38,446 bases of DNA, taken from an uncultured Phycisphaera sp. Its GTDB lineage: Bacteria; Planctomycetota; Phycisphaerae; Phycisphaerales; Phycisphaeraceae. Both the position numbers and the translations under genes were made by a program. The notes under the pieces were generated by a model. The model had not been told where the DNA came from. It ran no database searches and saw nothing but the letters and a program-made list of their open reading frames with translations. Shown here piece by piece: positions 24,335-35,749 of this stretch. Every line of letters starts with the position of its first letter. Position 1 is the first letter of the stretch. Location of the stretch: positions 1-38,446 of the forward strand of contig CAYPCC010000005.1 of NCBI GenBank assembly GCA_964409095.1, given 5' to 3'.

Positions 24335-25555
24335 TCACTTTTTCGGGCTCGACGCGGTGGTTTGAGTGAAGGCTTCGACCAGCCGGCGCACAATCTCATC
24401 CACGTCGCCCGGGGTCAGCAGCGGGTGTAGAGGCAGCGTGATCTCCCGCCCGGAGACGTCTTCGGTGATCGGCAGGAACACCTCGCCAACCTGCTTTTGG
24501 GTGTGGCTGAAGCGGTGCAGCGGCGGGTAATGATGCGTCGTCTGAACGCCAAGCTGGGTGAGCGCTTCACGCAGCGGCAGGACCGCTTGGGCGTCGTCCA
24601 GCACGACCGCGAAGACGTGGTGGGCGCTGTCGTCCAGCCGATCCGCAAACGGGACCGTCAGCGGCAGGGCCGGGGATAACTCGGCCAGCCGTTGTCGGTA
24701 GCGGGCGACCAAGGCCCGGCGTTGGGCGTTGTTGGCGTCGAGTTTGCGTAGCTGGATCAGGCCCAGCGCTGCGGTGAGTTCGGTGCCGCGGTAGTTGTAG
24801 CCCAGTTGCACCACATCGTAGCCGCTGGCTCGGCCCGAGGCTTTGTCCCACGAGGTTTTAGTCATGCCGTGCGATCGGCCGAGGCGGACAAACTGGGCAA
24901 CGTCTTCGTCGCGGGTGACGATCATGCCGCCCTCGCCTGTGACGAGGTTTTTGTTGGCGAAAAAGCTGAAGCAGCCCGCGTGGCCGATTGTGCCGATCTT
25001 CCGCCCGCGCCATGGGGATTCGCCGTCGGCGGAGCCGTGGTAGGTCGCGCCGATGCCGTGGCAAGCGTCTTCGACGACCTTGAGGCCGTGGTGCTGGGCG
25101 ATCGGCATCAGGCGATCCATATCCACCGGGAACCCGGCCATATGCACCGCGACCACGGCCTTGGTCTTGGGCGTGATCTTGCGTTCGAGGTCGGCCATGT
25201 CGAGATTCAAATCATGCGGCCCGTTGATCTCCACGAACACCGGCTTGGCCCCGCAATACAAAATCGAGTTCGCGCTGGCGACAAACGTGTAGCTGGGCAC
25301 CAACACCTCGTCGCCCGCGCCGACCCCCACCGCCAGCAGCGCCAGGTGCAGCGCCGCGGTGCAGTTGCTCACCGACACCGCGTGCGGCGGCTCGGGCAGG
25401 TTGCCTTGCATGTGCGAAGCGAACGCGGCCTCGAAGTCGGCCGTGCGCGGCCCAACGCTCAGCCACTTGCTGCGGACGACGTCGGCGACGGCCTGGGCTT
25501 CTTCTTCGCCCATGTCGCAGTCGGAGACGAGGTATTTTTTTTGGTTATATTCCAT
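24335..25555 (-). CDS. DegT/DnrJ/EryC1/StrS PLP-dependent sugar aminotransferase
   Basis: SNCTAALHLAL, GDEVLVPSYTFVAS, VVEDACH, FSFFANKNLVTGEGG (PLP Lys) and GYNYR. Confidence 0.95.
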   Translation of the reverse strand: MEYNQKKYLVSDCDMGEEEAQAVADVVRSKWLSVGPRTADFEAAFASHMQGNLPEPPHAVSVSNCTAALHLALLAVGVGAGDEVLVPSYTFVASANSILYCGAKPVFVEINGPHDLNLDMADLERKITPKTKAVVAVHMAGFPVDMDRLMPIAQHHGLKVVEDACHGIGATYHGSADGESPWRGRKIGTIGHAGCFSFFANKNLVTGEGGMIVTRDEDVAQFVRLGRSHGMTKTSWDKASGRASGYDVVQLGYNYRGTELTAALGLIQLRKLDANNAQRRALVARYRQRLAELSPALPLTVPFADRLDDSAHHVFAVVLDDAQAVLPLREALTQLGVQTTHHYPPLHRFSHTQKQVGEVFLPITEDVSGREITLPLHPLLTPGDVDEIVRRLVEAFTQTTASSPKK

Positions 25556-25613
25556 AACGTTTAGCCGCGGTTCGTAAAACCGCGCTGACTTGGGGGCATA
25601 GGGACGTCGAGCG

Positions 25614-25635
25614 AAAAGGCGATCTGCGATCGCCT
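25614..25635 (-). terminator. Possible weak intra-operon terminator
   Basis: Minus strand AGGCGATC-GCA-GATCGCCT-TTT, 17 nt after the epimerase stop. The U tract is short. Confidence 0.35.
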
Positions 25636-25652
25636 GCTAAACATCGGAGGGG

Positions 25653-26615
25653 TCAATTTTTGTAACGCCCGTCGGCCGGGTCGGTCCACACGTTATTCCG
25701 CAGGCAGTCGCGGACTTCGATGATGCCCGCGTCGATGTCCCAGTCGGGCTCGAAGCCGAGCTTTGCTTTGACCTTGGCGAATTCGACGCGGTAGCTGCGG
25801 GGGTCTTCGTTTTTCGAGACGAATTCGATCTTCGTGCCCGGTAGGTGCTTGGCGACGGATTCGCCAAGGGTTTGTTTTTGGGTGTTGTTGTGGTTCGCAC
25901 CGACGTTGAAGACTTCGCCCTTGACGACCTCGGCCGGGGCGGCGAGGACCATGCGCATGGCTTTGGCGATGTCGTTGATGTGGACGAACGGCCGCCAGAA
26001 CTGTTCGCCGAAGATCACGACCTTGCCATCTCGATGGGCGGCAAGGGTGAAGTCGCTGACGAGTAAGTCAAACCGCATCCGCGCCGAGACGCCGAACGCC
26101 GTGGAGAGCCGCAGCACGGTGGGCGTGAGCGTCTCGCTGGCGGCGGCGAGCACGAGGTTTTCGGTTTGGACTTTGGTTTCGCTGTAAACGCTGATGGGGT
26201 TGAGCTTGCCGTCCTCGGCAACGGGCACGTCGGTGTCGGCGACGCCGTAGTTGCTGCAGGTCGAGGCGAAGATGAAGTGTTTGACGCCGTGTTTCTTCGC
26301 GGCATCGAGGGCGTGCTTTGCGCCGCCGACGTTGGTCGCTCGAGTGTTCTCGGGATCGCGGTTGCAGGCGGGTTCGCCGACGATCGAGGCGAGCAGGATC
26401 ACCGCGTCGTGTCCGGCGGTGGCGGCGTCGACTTCCTCGGCGTGGCGGATGTCTCCTTTGATCAACGTGAAGTCGGGCCGACCCAGCCAGGGTATCATCG
26501 ACTCGGCCCCAAACAACATGAGGTCGAAGCAGGTCACTTCGTGGCCGTGATTCAACATCTCTCTTACCACGGCCGAGCCCACATAGCCCGCGCCACCTAA
26601 AACAAGCACTTTCAT
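25653..26615 (-). CDS. NAD-dependent epimerase/dehydratase (extended SDR)
   Basis: MKVLVLGGAGYVGS, FASTCSNYG, YxxxK (YSETK) and WRPFVHINDIA. Start ATG26615 with GGAG RBS. Confidence 0.93.
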   Translation of the reverse strand: MKVLVLGGAGYVGSAVVREMLNHGHEVTCFDLMLFGAESMIPWLGRPDFTLIKGDIRHAEEVDAATAGHDAVILLASIVGEPACNRDPENTRATNVGGAKHALDAAKKHGVKHFIFASTCSNYGVADTDVPVAEDGKLNPISVYSETKVQTENLVLAAASETLTPTVLRLSTAFGVSARMRFDLLVSDFTLAAHRDGKVVIFGEQFWRPFVHINDIAKAMRMVLAAPAEVVKGEVFNVGANHNNTQKQTLGESVAKHLPGTKIEFVSKNEDPRSYRVEFAKVKAKLGFEPDWDIDAGIIEVRDCLRNNVWTDPADGRYKN

Positions 26616-26682
26616 CGAATAAAACTCCAACAGAATATACGGATCAATAGAAAAAAGTGTGCGAAACTCAAGGCGACGAAAG

Positions 26683-27474
26683 CTATTCGGCGGGCGTTCG
26701 CTCGATCGTTTCGCGTCGATCGGGGCCGCGGCGGTCGGCGGCCGAGCGTTCGTGAATGATGGGTTTTTCACCGGGCAGGAACTCGTGACGCATTTCCTCA
26801 AAGCGCCGCGTCGCCCGGCTGTAGTCATCGGGTCGGCCGATGTCCAGCCATTCGTGGTCCGACAGGTAAACCTTCACCGTGCCTTGCCCGGCCACGAGGT
26901 TGTTGACGATCGTGGGCAGGTCCATGTAGTCGTCGGCGGCAAAGGTTTCGAGCACGCTGCGGTTGAAGACGTACACGCCCATCGACACGTCGTAGGGCAG
27001 GATCGGTTTTTCGCGGTAGCCGGTGACTTCCATCCGGCCGTCGAACTCGATCACGCCCAAGTCGATCTTGGTGTTCGCGCGGTAGCAGGCGATGGTCAGG
27101 TCGGCGTTGGACTGTTGGTGCTGGGCGAAGAGCGCGTCGTATTTGAGCGTGGTCAGCACGTCGCCGTTCATGACGAGGAAGGTTTCGGGCAGGTCGTCGA
27201 TCAGCTTGAGGGGGCCGACGGTGCCGAGGGGTTTTTCCTCGCGGGAATAGTTGATGGTGATGCCCCACTTCGAGCCGTCGCCGAAGTAGGCCATGAGCAG
27301 TTCGGCCAAGTGCCCCACGGCGAGGGTGACATGAGTGAACCCCGACGCCTTGAGTTGGCGGATGACGATCTCCAAAATCGGCATGTCGCCGACGGGGACG
27401 AGGGGCTTAGGGAAGCTGATGGTGTAGGGTTCAAGCCGACGGCCTTTGCCGCCCGCCAGGATGATGGCACGCAT
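26683..27474 (-). CDS. Sugar-phosphate nucleotidyltransferase
   Basis: AIILAGGKGRRLEPYTISFPKPLVPVG, EEKPLGTVG, VMNGDV, REKP and WLDIGRPDDY. Confidence 0.93.
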   Translation of the reverse strand: MRAIILAGGKGRRLEPYTISFPKPLVPVGDMPILEIVIRQLKASGFTHVTLAVGHLAELLMAYFGDGSKWGITINYSREEKPLGTVGPLKLIDDLPETFLVMNGDVLTTLKYDALFAQHQQSNADLTIACYRANTKIDLGVIEFDGRMEVTGYREKPILPYDVSMGVYVFNRSVLETFAADDYMDLPTIVNNLVAGQGTVKVYLSDHEWLDIGRPDDYSRATRRFEEMRHEFLPGEKPIIHERSAADRRGPDRRETIERTPAE

Positions 27475-27525
27475 GTTTCTTTCTCACTCTTAATTTGATG
27501 CATTCGCACGAAGTGTCGGAAAAGT

Positions 27526-28749
27526 TTAGATGGTGGCAGCGCTGCTGCTTGGGGTGGACGAAGTATGTTGGCCCTGTCGGCTTTGGTTGAAGCGTTCGCG
27601 GGCTTGTTGGTAGATCGAAATCATGGTGTCGTAGTTGATGTCGGCGGTATAGGCCTGCTCGTAGGCCAGGCGGGCTCCGCGGCGCAGGCGTTGGACTTGC
27701 TGGGGGTCGTTCATCAATTCTCGGACCACGCGGGCGAGGTCGTCGGCGTCTCCGTACTTGACGTGTCGGCCGGTCTCGCCGTCGACGATGACCCGTCCCA
27801 TCGCGCCGATGTTCGAGGCCACCACGGGCACACCGTGCCCATAGGCCTCGACGATCACGCGGGGGAAGCCCTCGTAATTCATGCTCGGTAAGACGAGAAA
27901 CGACGCTTTGCCCAAAATTTTGTCCAGCGCCTCGAAGCTGAGCCAATTGTGGTGCGTTACTAAATCATGACGGTCCGCCAACCCCACAATTTGATCTTCG
28001 ATAGGGCCTTTGCCAACGACTTGCAGCGGCACGTCGCCGAGTTGGTCCCAGGCATTGACCAACACTTCGATGCCCTTGTCGGGGGACAGCCGGCCGAGGT
28101 ACATGGCGTAGCCGCCGTCGCCGCCGCCCACGCCGGGGTCCTCGGCGATGAAGTTGGGTTTGTAGTGGATGCGGTCGGCGGGGTAGCCGCCCTCGATCAT
28201 TTTGTCGCGGGTGAACTCGGAGCAGGCGATGTAGGCGTCGATGGCTTTGCGGTACGTTCCGATCGTGCCGTGGACGGTGAGCATGGCGACGACGGCGGCG
28301 CTGGCGGAGCGGCTGTCACGGTAGCAGCCGTGTTTGATCGCCGGCCATTTTATGGATTTGTGTAAGCAATCTTCGCAGATCTGGTTGTCGCGGAAGAACG
28401 TGGCTTTGGGGCAGAGCAGCCGGTAGTTATGCAGGGTTTGCACCACCGCGACGCCCTCGGCCCGGACCGCGTGATAAGACGAAGGCGACATCAACGGCAG
28501 CGTGTTGTGGAAGTGGGCGATGTCGGGCTTTTCCCGGCGGATGAGCTCGCGCAGGGCGTTGGCCGACTTACGGCTCCAGATCGTGCCCGCCGCGAGCCGC
28601 AGGCGTGACACGTCATCCACCGCGTTATTGTGCAGGATGTATTGCACGACTTCGTGGCCACGGCTTTCGAGCAAGGCCCGCTCGTCGGCGACGACGCTGT
28701 CCTCCCCGCCGGCGAGTTGATACAAATTGTGGCATTGCAGAATCTTCAT
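27526..28749 (-). CDS. Glycosyltransferase family 4
   Basis: HNLYQLAGGED, PDIAHFHN, YLGRLSPDKG and the EX7E motif YEGFPRVIVEA followed by GVPVVASNIG. Start ATG28749 with GGAG RBS. Confidence 0.93.
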   Translation of the reverse strand: MKILQCHNLYQLAGGEDSVVADERALLESRGHEVVQYILHNNAVDDVSRLRLAAGTIWSRKSANALRELIRREKPDIAHFHNTLPLMSPSSYHAVRAEGVAVVQTLHNYRLLCPKATFFRDNQICEDCLHKSIKWPAIKHGCYRDSRSASAAVVAMLTVHGTIGTYRKAIDAYIACSEFTRDKMIEGGYPADRIHYKPNFIAEDPGVGGGDGGYAMYLGRLSPDKGIEVLVNAWDQLGDVPLQVVGKGPIEDQIVGLADRHDLVTHHNWLSFEALDKILGKASFLVLPSMNYEGFPRVIVEAYGHGVPVVASNIGAMGRVIVDGETGRHVKYGDADDLARVVRELMNDPQQVQRLRRGARLAYEQAYTADINYDTMISIYQQARERFNQSRQGQHTSSTPSSSAATI

Positions 28750-28875
28750 CAGCTCCACCCTGTCGTACGCCGGAGGCGGCGCTGGAGATCGGTCGGCGAC
28801 ACCGAATCGTCGCGGCAACGCGGCACGCATGCGTGGCCAGCCGGGCCGATTCAGCCCTCACCCCCATTCAAACGA

Positions 28876-28904
28876 AGCATACCCCAAGGGTGATCGTTCG
28901 CAAG
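28876..28904 (-). promoter_or_regulatory. Putative sigma70 promoter for the GT4-to-degT operon
   Basis: Minus strand TTGCGA-N16-TATGCT. Confidence 0.5.
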
Positions 28905-28987
28905 CCAAATTCACTAAAAGCTGCCGAGTGGGATAAATAGCGCTTTTGTGCAGAATTTTTTTAGGACGCGGAGTACTCGCCGGCGGC

Positions 28988-30607
28988 TCAATCGGCCGAC
29001 CCCACCGAAAAGCCGCGGCGTTGTAACAGCGTGCCCTCAGCCAAAAAAAGATCAATCAACGCCAATCGGTAAGACACGACGGCTTGGATTTCGTTGAGCT
29101 GGGCCTCGAGCAGGTCCCGCTGGGCTTGCGCGACGAGCAGGGCGGTGGAGTCGCCGGCAGCGAAGCGTTGCCGCTCGGCCTCGACGACTTTTTCCTGCGA
29201 CGCGAGGGTGGTCCGCGACGCCCGGATCTGCTGCCGAGCCCGTTCGAGTTCGATGGCGGCGAGTTGAAGGTCCAAGGCGATGAGTTGCCGCAAATTTTCG
29301 ACGGCCGCGGCCGACTGGGCCCGGCTGGCGTAGGCCGCGTCGCGGCGGGCGAGGGCGGCGTCGTTGCCGAGGATTTTGCTGAAGCCCACCCCGGCGGCGA
29401 AGTCGTAGCTGTCGCCGTCGAGCTCGCGGAACGAATCGTCGAAGCGGTCGGCGAAGCCGGTCTTGCCCAGCGCGATGAACACTTCGAGTTGCGGCAGCAC
29501 CCCGTTACGAGTCACCAGGGTTTCGAGGCGGTTTTGATCCAGACGCAGCCGAGCCTCGGCGAGGTCGGGCCGGGACCGCTCAGCGAGTTGCTGTCGCTCG
29601 GCCAAGTCCGTGAGCGGCGTGGCCTCGACGGCGGGGGCGCTGGTGACTTCGATCGGCCGCGTCCATCCGGCCGACTCGTCGCCGGTGAGATTGAGCAGCC
29701 GCAGCAGCCGTACCCGCTGGGCCGCCTCATCGCTGCGGGCGTCGATGAGGGCTTGCTCACGCAACGCCACCTCGGCGTAGGCCACCGCGGCCTCGGCCTC
29801 AGCCAAGACGCCGATCTCGATCCGCTGATCGACTTCCTCGCGCTGCCGCTGCGACAGGTCCAGCGACTCAGCGAAGATGCGGGTGTTCTCCTGAGCCAAC
29901 GTGTAACGCCAATACGCCGCTTCGACCTCGGCCAAGAGCGCCTCGGCAAAGCCTTGCAACTCGTAGCGCGACGCCTCGGTGTCGAGTTGGGCTTGGCGTA
30001 TCGCGGCCAGATTGACGGCCGGCCCCGCGCCGCGAAGCAGCTGCTGGGTGACGGTCAGGCCCAGCCGGGCGTCCTGCTGCTCGGGGGTGCGGTTGGAGGT
30101 GTCGCGGTTTTGCTCGACCGACATCTCGACGGCGGTGCCGCTGGGCAACGCTTGGGTAATGCCCGCGGCGGCGGCGGTGGTGCGGTCGTCGACGTTGAAC
30201 CGGGTGCCGGTGCCGCGGTCGATTTCGCTGGCGGTTTCTTCGCCGTATTCAAACTCGGCAAATGCGACCGGGTCGAACACCCCGCCTTCGATCCTCTCGA
30301 ACGTCCCGGCGATGACGGGGGCATAGGTCTGCACCGCGAGGTCGCGGTTGCGCCGCATCGCCAGCACCACCGCCTCCTCGACCGACAACGACACCGGCCC
30401 GTCGCCAATCCATTTTTGATCTAACCCGTCGCCGTTGTTTCCTTCGATGGGCGTCACGGTCGGGCCGTCGGGCAACGCGACGGGGTTGTTTTGTGCCGCG
30501 GCAAGTTCACGGTCCCAGTCGGGCGTGAACCACGGCGAATCCTCCGGCGAACTGCACCCCGTCAAGACCAACACACCAACGATGACGATCGCAGAAGCTC
30601 GCCTCAT
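28988..30607 (-). CDS. TolC family outer-membrane efflux lipoprotein
   Basis: Lipobox [31 protein letters not shown] and two OEP repeats. 4-bp overlap with the RND permease gene. Confidence 0.92.
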   Translation of the reverse strand: MRRASAIVIVGVLVLTGCSSPEDSPWFTPDWDRELAAAQNNPVALPDGPTVTPIEGNNGDGLDQKWIGDGPVSLSVEEAVVLAMRRNRDLAVQTYAPVIAGTFERIEGGVFDPVAFAEFEYGEETASEIDRGTGTRFNVDDRTTAAAAGITQALPSGTAVEMSVEQNRDTSNRTPEQQDARLGLTVTQQLLRGAGPAVNLAAIRQAQLDTEASRYELQGFAEALLAEVEAAYWRYTLAQENTRIFAESLDLSQRQREEVDQRIEIGVLAEAEAAVAYAEVALREQALIDARSDEAAQRVRLLRLLNLTGDESAGWTRPIEVTSAPAVEATPLTDLAERQQLAERSRPDLAEARLRLDQNRLETLVTRNGVLPQLEVFIALGKTGFADRFDDSFRELDGDSYDFAAGVGFSKILGNDAALARRDAAYASRAQSAAAVENLRQLIALDLQLAAIELERARQQIRASRTTLASQEKVVEAERQRFAAGDSTALLVAQAQRDLLEAQLNEIQAVVSYRLALIDLFLAEGTLLQRRGFSVGSAD

Positions 30608-33600
30608 GCCGCCGCTCCTGTAAGCGAGTCGTCTGTGGCGCGATCCGGATGAACTAACGTGTAGGCCACGGGAACCAGCACCAGCGTGATCATCATCGAC
30701 GCCAGCAGCCCGCCGATGACCGCGCGGGCCAAGGGTGCTTGGGCGTCGGCCCCTTCGCCGATGCCCATCGCCAGCGGAAGCAAGCCCAGCATCGTCGTCG
30801 CAGAAGTCATGAGGATCGGCCGCAGCCGACGACGCCCGGCCTCCGCGACGGCGTCCCGGCTGGACAGCCCCTTGTCCTTGCGCAGATGGCCCGCCTGATC
30901 GACCAGCAAGATCGCGTTGTTCACGACGATCCCGCCGAGCATGATGCAGCCGATGTAGCTCTGGACGTTCAGTGTCGTCTCGGTGAGAAACAGGGTGACC
31001 AAGACGCCCACCGCCGCCATCGGCACCGACAACATCACCACCAACGGGTCGCGCAGCGATTCGTATTGACTCGCCAAGACCATGTACACCAGCACCAAGG
31101 CGAAGGCGATGCTCAGTAGCAATTCGCGGAACGACTCTTGTTGTTCGAGGTAGCTGCCCGCGACGCGGAGGTCGTAGCCGTTGGGCCGAGGGATCTCGGC
31201 GAGGCGGGCTTGGATGTCCTGGGCGACCGAGCCCATGTCGCGGTCGCCGAGGTTGACCTCGATGTCGAGGGTGCGTTGGCGGTCTTTGCGCCGGATTTCG
31301 TTCGGACCACGGCCCGGCTGGGTGGTGACGACGCTGCTGAGCGCCACGTCGCGTCCGTCGGGGGTGCGAAGGGTGAGTTGTAAGAGGTCTTCGAGCGAGG
31401 TCTGCCGGGCGTTGCGTAACTGCACGCGGATGGGGTAGCTGTTGCCGGCCGCGCGGTACTCGCCCGCCAGTTGGCCGGAGACGGCCGTCTCGAGCACGTC
31501 GGCGATCTGGCGTACCGAAAGACCCAGATCGGCGGCGCGGGCGCGGTCGATGGACAACCGTTCTTGCGGGATGCCTTCGCGGTCGCCCGCGTCGACGTCG
31601 GTGACGCCCGGTACGTCCGCGATTTTTTCGACGACCAAATCGGTCAACGCCTCGAGCGTTTCGATCTCAAACCCCCGCACCTCCACCCGCATCCCCGCGC
31701 CGCTGGGCAGGATGCGGTTGAGCAGGTTCTGTCCTTCGGGAGCACGGACGCGAATCTCCATGCCCGGGATCGTGCCTTCGAGTTGCAGACGCAGGTCCTC
31801 GGCGATGTCTTGATTGGACCGTTCACGCTGCGTGGCGGGCGTGAGCGTCAGGTCGATCGATCCGTCGTCGCTGGCCGAGGTGATCCGAGCGACCGCTTCG
31901 GGGACCGCGGCGGCGACGGCCCGATCCAAAATCTGAGTTTGTTCGTAGACCAGATCGAGGCGGGTGGCGACCTCCATATCGCCGTGGACGTTGACCTGCC
32001 CCTCGTCGCTGGCGGGCAAAAATTCTGAGCCGATCAGCGGTACCAGCAAAACGCTTAAGCCCAGCAGCGCCCCGGCCACGATCAGGCTGAGCGTGCGTTG
32101 TCCCAGCGCGGCGAGCAGGAGGCCGCGGTAGGTGTCGTCCACCACGCCAAGCGCCCGCTCGGCGGCGCGACTCAGGGCACGCCACTTCGAGCGGGGGCGC
32201 GGCGGGAGGGTGGCAGAGCTTTCGTGGGCTTGCGTTTTGCCCTTACCCAGCAACTTCGACGCGAGCACCGGCACCAGCGTCAAGGCGACAACCAACGCCA
32301 CGATCAAAGAGATCACCACGACGTAAGCGAACTCGGTGAACAGCATCCCGGTCACGCCGCGGACGAAGACCAGCGGCAGGAAAATGACGAGCGTGGTGAT
32401 CGTGCTGGCGACGATGGCTCCGCCGACTTCGACGGTCCCGTTGACCGCGGCTTCTTGGGCGGACTCGTTTTCTTCCTGTCGGCGGCGGTAGATGTTTTCG
32501 AGCACGACGATCGAGCTGTCGACCATCATGCCCACGCCCAGCGCCAGGCCGCCCAGGGTCATCAGGTTCAGCGTCAGCCCGCTGAGGTAGACCACGGCAA
32601 AGGTCGCCATGATCGAGATCGGGATCGACAGCGAGATCACTGCGGTGCTGCGGAGGTTGCGGAGGAAAAACAGCAGCACGATAACCGCCAAGCCGCTGCC
32701 GTAGAGCACCGAGCGGGCGACGTTGGCGATCGAGCGTTCGATGAAGTTGCCTTGGTTTTGCACCGGCACGATGAACAACTGGGGGAAGTCGCGGTTGAGG
32801 GCGTCGATCTCCGCGAGGATACCAGCCGAGACTTCGACGGTGTTGGCTTGGGCTTCTTTGCGGATCGCAAGGCGGAGGCCGCGGTCGCCGTTGACCTCGA
32901 TCTTTCGGGTAAGTTGGGCGTAGGTGTCGTGGACGGTGGCGATCTGGCCGAGGGTGACGGTGGCTTCGCCGCGGACGGCGACAACGAGATCGCGCAGCTC
33001 GTCGATGCTCTCGAACTCGGCCGGGGCACGGAGGGTGACGTGGTATCGCCCGCGGTCGATTTGGCCGGTGGGCAGGTCGAGGTTGGCGTCGCGGATGGCT
33101 TGGGTGATGGCGTTGAGCGGCAGGCCCAGGGCTTTGATTTTGTCGGCGTCGAGTTCGACGCGGACCTCGCGGTCGTAGCCGCCCCAAGGATCGACCTGCG
33201 CGACGCCTGCGACCCGGCCGAAGCGGTAGCGGACCTGGTCTTCGACGAGTTGGGTCAGCTCGACGGGGTCGAGTTTGCTGGAGATGCCGACGATGACCAC
33301 CGGGGCGCTGTCGATGTCGAACTTGCGGACGCTGGGACGTTGGACCTCGTCGGGGAACTCGTTGGCTTCGTCTTCGAGGCGGACCTGGACGTCGATCGCG
33401 GCGGCGTTGATATCGACCCCCGGGTCAAAGGTCATGCGGACCCGGCTGCGGCCCTCGCTGCTGGTGGAGGTGATTTCTTCGACGCCCGGCACGGTGCCGA
33501 CGATTTCTTCGACGATCTGAGTCACCAGCCGTTCCACGACTTCGGGGCTGGCGCCGTCGTAGGCGGTGCGGACATCGAGGCGGGGCAGGTCGAGGTCGGG

Positions 33601-33711
33601 TAGCAGGTCGATCTGGAGTCGCTCGAGCGCGACCGCGCCGAGGATGACCACGATGAGCGTGACCATCGAGGTCAACACGGGCCGTCGAACGCTGAACCGG
33701 GGCAGGTTCAT
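30604..33711 (-). CDS. RND efflux permease (AcrB/AcrD/AcrF family)
   Basis: 1035 aa, with [53 protein letters not shown] and RLRPILMTS. Confidence 0.96.
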   Translation of the reverse strand: MNLPRFSVRRPVLTSMVTLIVVILGAVALERLQIDLLPDLDLPRLDVRTAYDGASPEVVERLVTQIVEEIVGTVPGVEEITSTSSEGRSRVRMTFDPGVDINAAAIDVQVRLEDEANEFPDEVQRPSVRKFDIDSAPVVIVGISSKLDPVELTQLVEDQVRYRFGRVAGVAQVDPWGGYDREVRVELDADKIKALGLPLNAITQAIRDANLDLPTGQIDRGRYHVTLRAPAEFESIDELRDLVVAVRGEATVTLGQIATVHDTYAQLTRKIEVNGDRGLRLAIRKEAQANTVEVSAGILAEIDALNRDFPQLFIVPVQNQGNFIERSIANVARSVLYGSGLAVIVLLFFLRNLRSTAVISLSIPISIMATFAVVYLSGLTLNLMTLGGLALGVGMMVDSSIVVLENIYRRRQEENESAQEAAVNGTVEVGGAIVASTITTLVIFLPLVFVRGVTGMLFTEFAYVVVISLIVALVVALTLVPVLASKLLGKGKTQAHESSATLPPRPRSKWRALSRAAERALGVVDDTYRGLLLAALGQRTLSLIVAGALLGLSVLLVPLIGSEFLPASDEGQVNVHGDMEVATRLDLVYEQTQILDRAVAAAVPEAVARITSASDDGSIDLTLTPATQRERSNQDIAEDLRLQLEGTIPGMEIRVRAPEGQNLLNRILPSGAGMRVEVRGFEIETLEALTDLVVEKIADVPGVTDVDAGDREGIPQERLSIDRARAADLGLSVRQIADVLETAVSGQLAGEYRAAGNSYPIRVQLRNARQTSLEDLLQLTLRTPDGRDVALSSVVTTQPGRGPNEIRRKDRQRTLDIEVNLGDRDMGSVAQDIQARLAEIPRPNGYDLRVAGSYLEQQESFRELLLSIAFALVLVYMVLASQYESLRDPLVVMLSVPMAAVGVLVTLFLTETTLNVQSYIGCIMLGGIVVNNAILLVDQAGHLRKDKGLSSRDAVAEAGRRRLRPILMTSATTMLGLLPLAMGIGEGADAQAPLARAVIGGLLASMMITLVLVPVAYTLVHPDRATDDSLTGAAA

Positions 33712-34940
33712 GAGGCGTCCGCCTCTACAGCATTTTCTTGAAAGTCCGAAAGGTCCGCGGGAACGGATTCTGGGGTGGGTATCCGCACGGCCGAGCCGTT
33801 GTCGAGGAACGCTTGACCGAGCGTAACCACGCGGCCCGTGAGCGGCGGCGAGACGATCTGGACGCGGCCGCCTTGCGCGATCCCGGCTTCGATCGGGACC
33901 CGCTTGGCGGTCTGCGATTCTTCATCGACGACGAAGACGACAGGTTGGTCGGCCCGCTGAGTGATCGCCTGCTGGGGCACGATCGTGGCGTCTTCGACGC
34001 GGTCGAGCACGACCTCGGCGCGGACGAACATGCCCGGCTTCAAGTCGCCCTCGGGGTTGGCGACGGTGAGTTCGACGCGGGCTTGGCGCGAGCCGGAATC
34101 GAAGATCGGCGCGACCCGCGCAACTTGTCCTATGAATGATCGGCCCGGGTGGGCGTCGCTTTTGAGCTCAATCTCCAGGCCCGGCGTCATGGCGGCGTAG
34201 TCGCGCTCGGCGACGAAGAGCACCGCGAGGATCGGGTCGATCTCGACTACGGTGAACAGCGGGTCGTTGGCCGAGACCGCGTCGCCTTCATCGACCCAGC
34301 GGTGGGCGACCACGCGATGATCGTCGCCGCGGGCCCACGTCGCATCGACCTGGGTGTAGCCCAGCCGGATGCGGGCGGTCTCGACGGCGGCCTCGGCCCG
34401 CTGCACCTGGGCCTGGGCCACGGCCAAGTTGGCCTGCGCGGCGAGTTGCTCGGCCTGGGCGGTGTCGAACTGGGAGTCCGAGGCGATGCCGCGCTCACGC
34501 AGTGTGGTTTGCCGTTCGATGGTGCGGTCGCTGATGGTTTTGGCGTTGGTGGCTTCGGCGAGATTGGCGCGGGCGACGGCGAGGTCGGCCTGGGCTTGGG
34601 CGAGGTCTTGGGCGTATTCGTCGCTGTCGAGAACGGCGACGGTTTGGCCGTTGGTGAGCGTGTCGGCGAGATCGGCGCTGAGCGACTGCACCCGCCCGCC
34701 GATCTTCGGGGCCACGTCAAAGGATGCGGTGGCTTCGAGCGTGCCGCTGAACACCCGCCGGAGTTCGATCGGCCCACGAATCACGGGCTGGGTTTCCACC
34801 GGGACCGGCCCGCCTCTTCCGCCGCGTGGCGGGCCATCTTCTTCGGCGGTGTTGAGCAGTGACCACGCCCGCCAACCGATGCCCGCTGCGATGACCAGCA
34901 GAAGAGCGATCACTAAAAACCGAACAACAGCTTTGGACAT
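33708..34940 (-). CDS. RND periplasmic adaptor (membrane fusion protein)
   Basis: N-terminal TM anchor, VAPKIGGRV lipoyl half, alpha-hairpin, [10 protein letters not shown] and VPQQAI. Confidence 0.93.
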   Translation of the reverse strand: MSKAVVRFLVIALLLVIAAGIGWRAWSLLNTAEEDGPPRGGRGGPVPVETQPVIRGPIELRRVFSGTLEATASFDVAPKIGGRVQSLSADLADTLTNGQTVAVLDSDEYAQDLAQAQADLAVARANLAEATNAKTISDRTIERQTTLRERGIASDSQFDTAQAEQLAAQANLAVAQAQVQRAEAAVETARIRLGYTQVDATWARGDDHRVVAHRWVDEGDAVSANDPLFTVVEIDPILAVLFVAERDYAAMTPGLEIELKSDAHPGRSFIGQVARVAPIFDSGSRQARVELTVANPEGDLKPGMFVRAEVVLDRVEDATIVPQQAITQRADQPVVFVVDEESQTAKRVPIEAGIAQGGRVQIVSPPLTGRVVTLGQAFLDNGSAVRIPTPESVPADLSDFQENAVEADAS

Positions 34941-34993
34941 GGAAACCCTTGGATCTGCCTGACGCAGAAAGTAAACGGGCATCATACCCGCCC

Positions 34994-35749
34994 TCAACCT
35001 TCGGTTTCTTTTGCGGCGTGAGACTCAAGCCGACGCCCAGCCCGGCGGTTAAGCCAGCCCCACACCCCCCACGGCAACCAAGCGTGCAGCATCATCAATG
35101 CGCCCAAAACCTCGATCGCCAGCAGCCGCCACGGCCAGGCGGGCAACCAATCCAACGGCGTCTTGCGGCCGACCGGTACGTTGCCGAGGTAGCCGTAGTT
35201 CCAGCCCTCATTCGCCAGATTCAACGGCACGATGATGGCAACATACGCCAGCGACACCACGCACGCCCAGCCCCAATCCCGCAGCGTCGGCCGGTAGCCC
35301 CGCACTGCGACATCGTAGATCGCAAACAGCATCACCCCGCCGTGGTTGATCCAAAACAGCCAGAAGGTCAGCGTGTCGGGGCCTTTCCAAAGCGTCGGCG
35401 TCACCACGCCCCAGACGGCCAAGCCCATCGCCCAGAAATACAAACTCGTGCGCAGCAGGCGGACACGGGTAAGCAGCGCGATCGGCCCGAGGATGCCCGC
35501 GAGGTCGCAGATGTGCAGCGGCCAGCTGTGGGCGGGCTTCCAGTCGAAGCCGAAGGCGACGATTTGCTGGACCAGCCAAAAGAAGATGCCCCACGCCGCG
35601 ACCCGCCGGGTGATGTTGCTTGCGTCGCCGCGTCGCTGGGCGAGGACGCCGAGGCGCACGATGAGGGTGATCAGCCCCGCGCAGCCCAGCACGGCCAGGC
35701 CGTGCAGCGGCGAGAACATCGCAAAACCTTGGGCCAGCGCAACACTCAA
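34994..35749 (-). CDS. YwaF/TMEM164 (TIGR02206-like) membrane protein
   Basis: FSPLH, WPLHICD, VTP, FWINHG, NYGYL and TPLDWLPAWPW. Start uncertain (TTG35749 or ATG35719). Confidence 0.8.
   Translation of the reverse strand: MSVALAQGFAMFSPLHGLAVLGCAGLITLIVRLGVLAQRRGDASNITRRVAAWGIFFWLVQQIVAFGFDWKPAHSWPLHICDLAGILGPIALLTRVRLLRTSLYFWAMGLAVWGVVTPTLWKGPDTLTFWLFWINHGGVMLFAIYDVAVRGYRPTLRDWGWACVVSLAYVAIIVPLNLANEGWNYGYLGNVPVGRKTPLDWLPAWPWRLLAIEVLGALMMLHAWLPWGVWGWLNRRAGRRLESHAAKETEG

Noticed and set aside
28988-34940. RND pump as the dedicated exporter for the polysaccharide
   Set aside because: It is an ordinary MFP-RND-TolC triplet, the EPS genes have their own promoter candidate, and adjacency is the only link.
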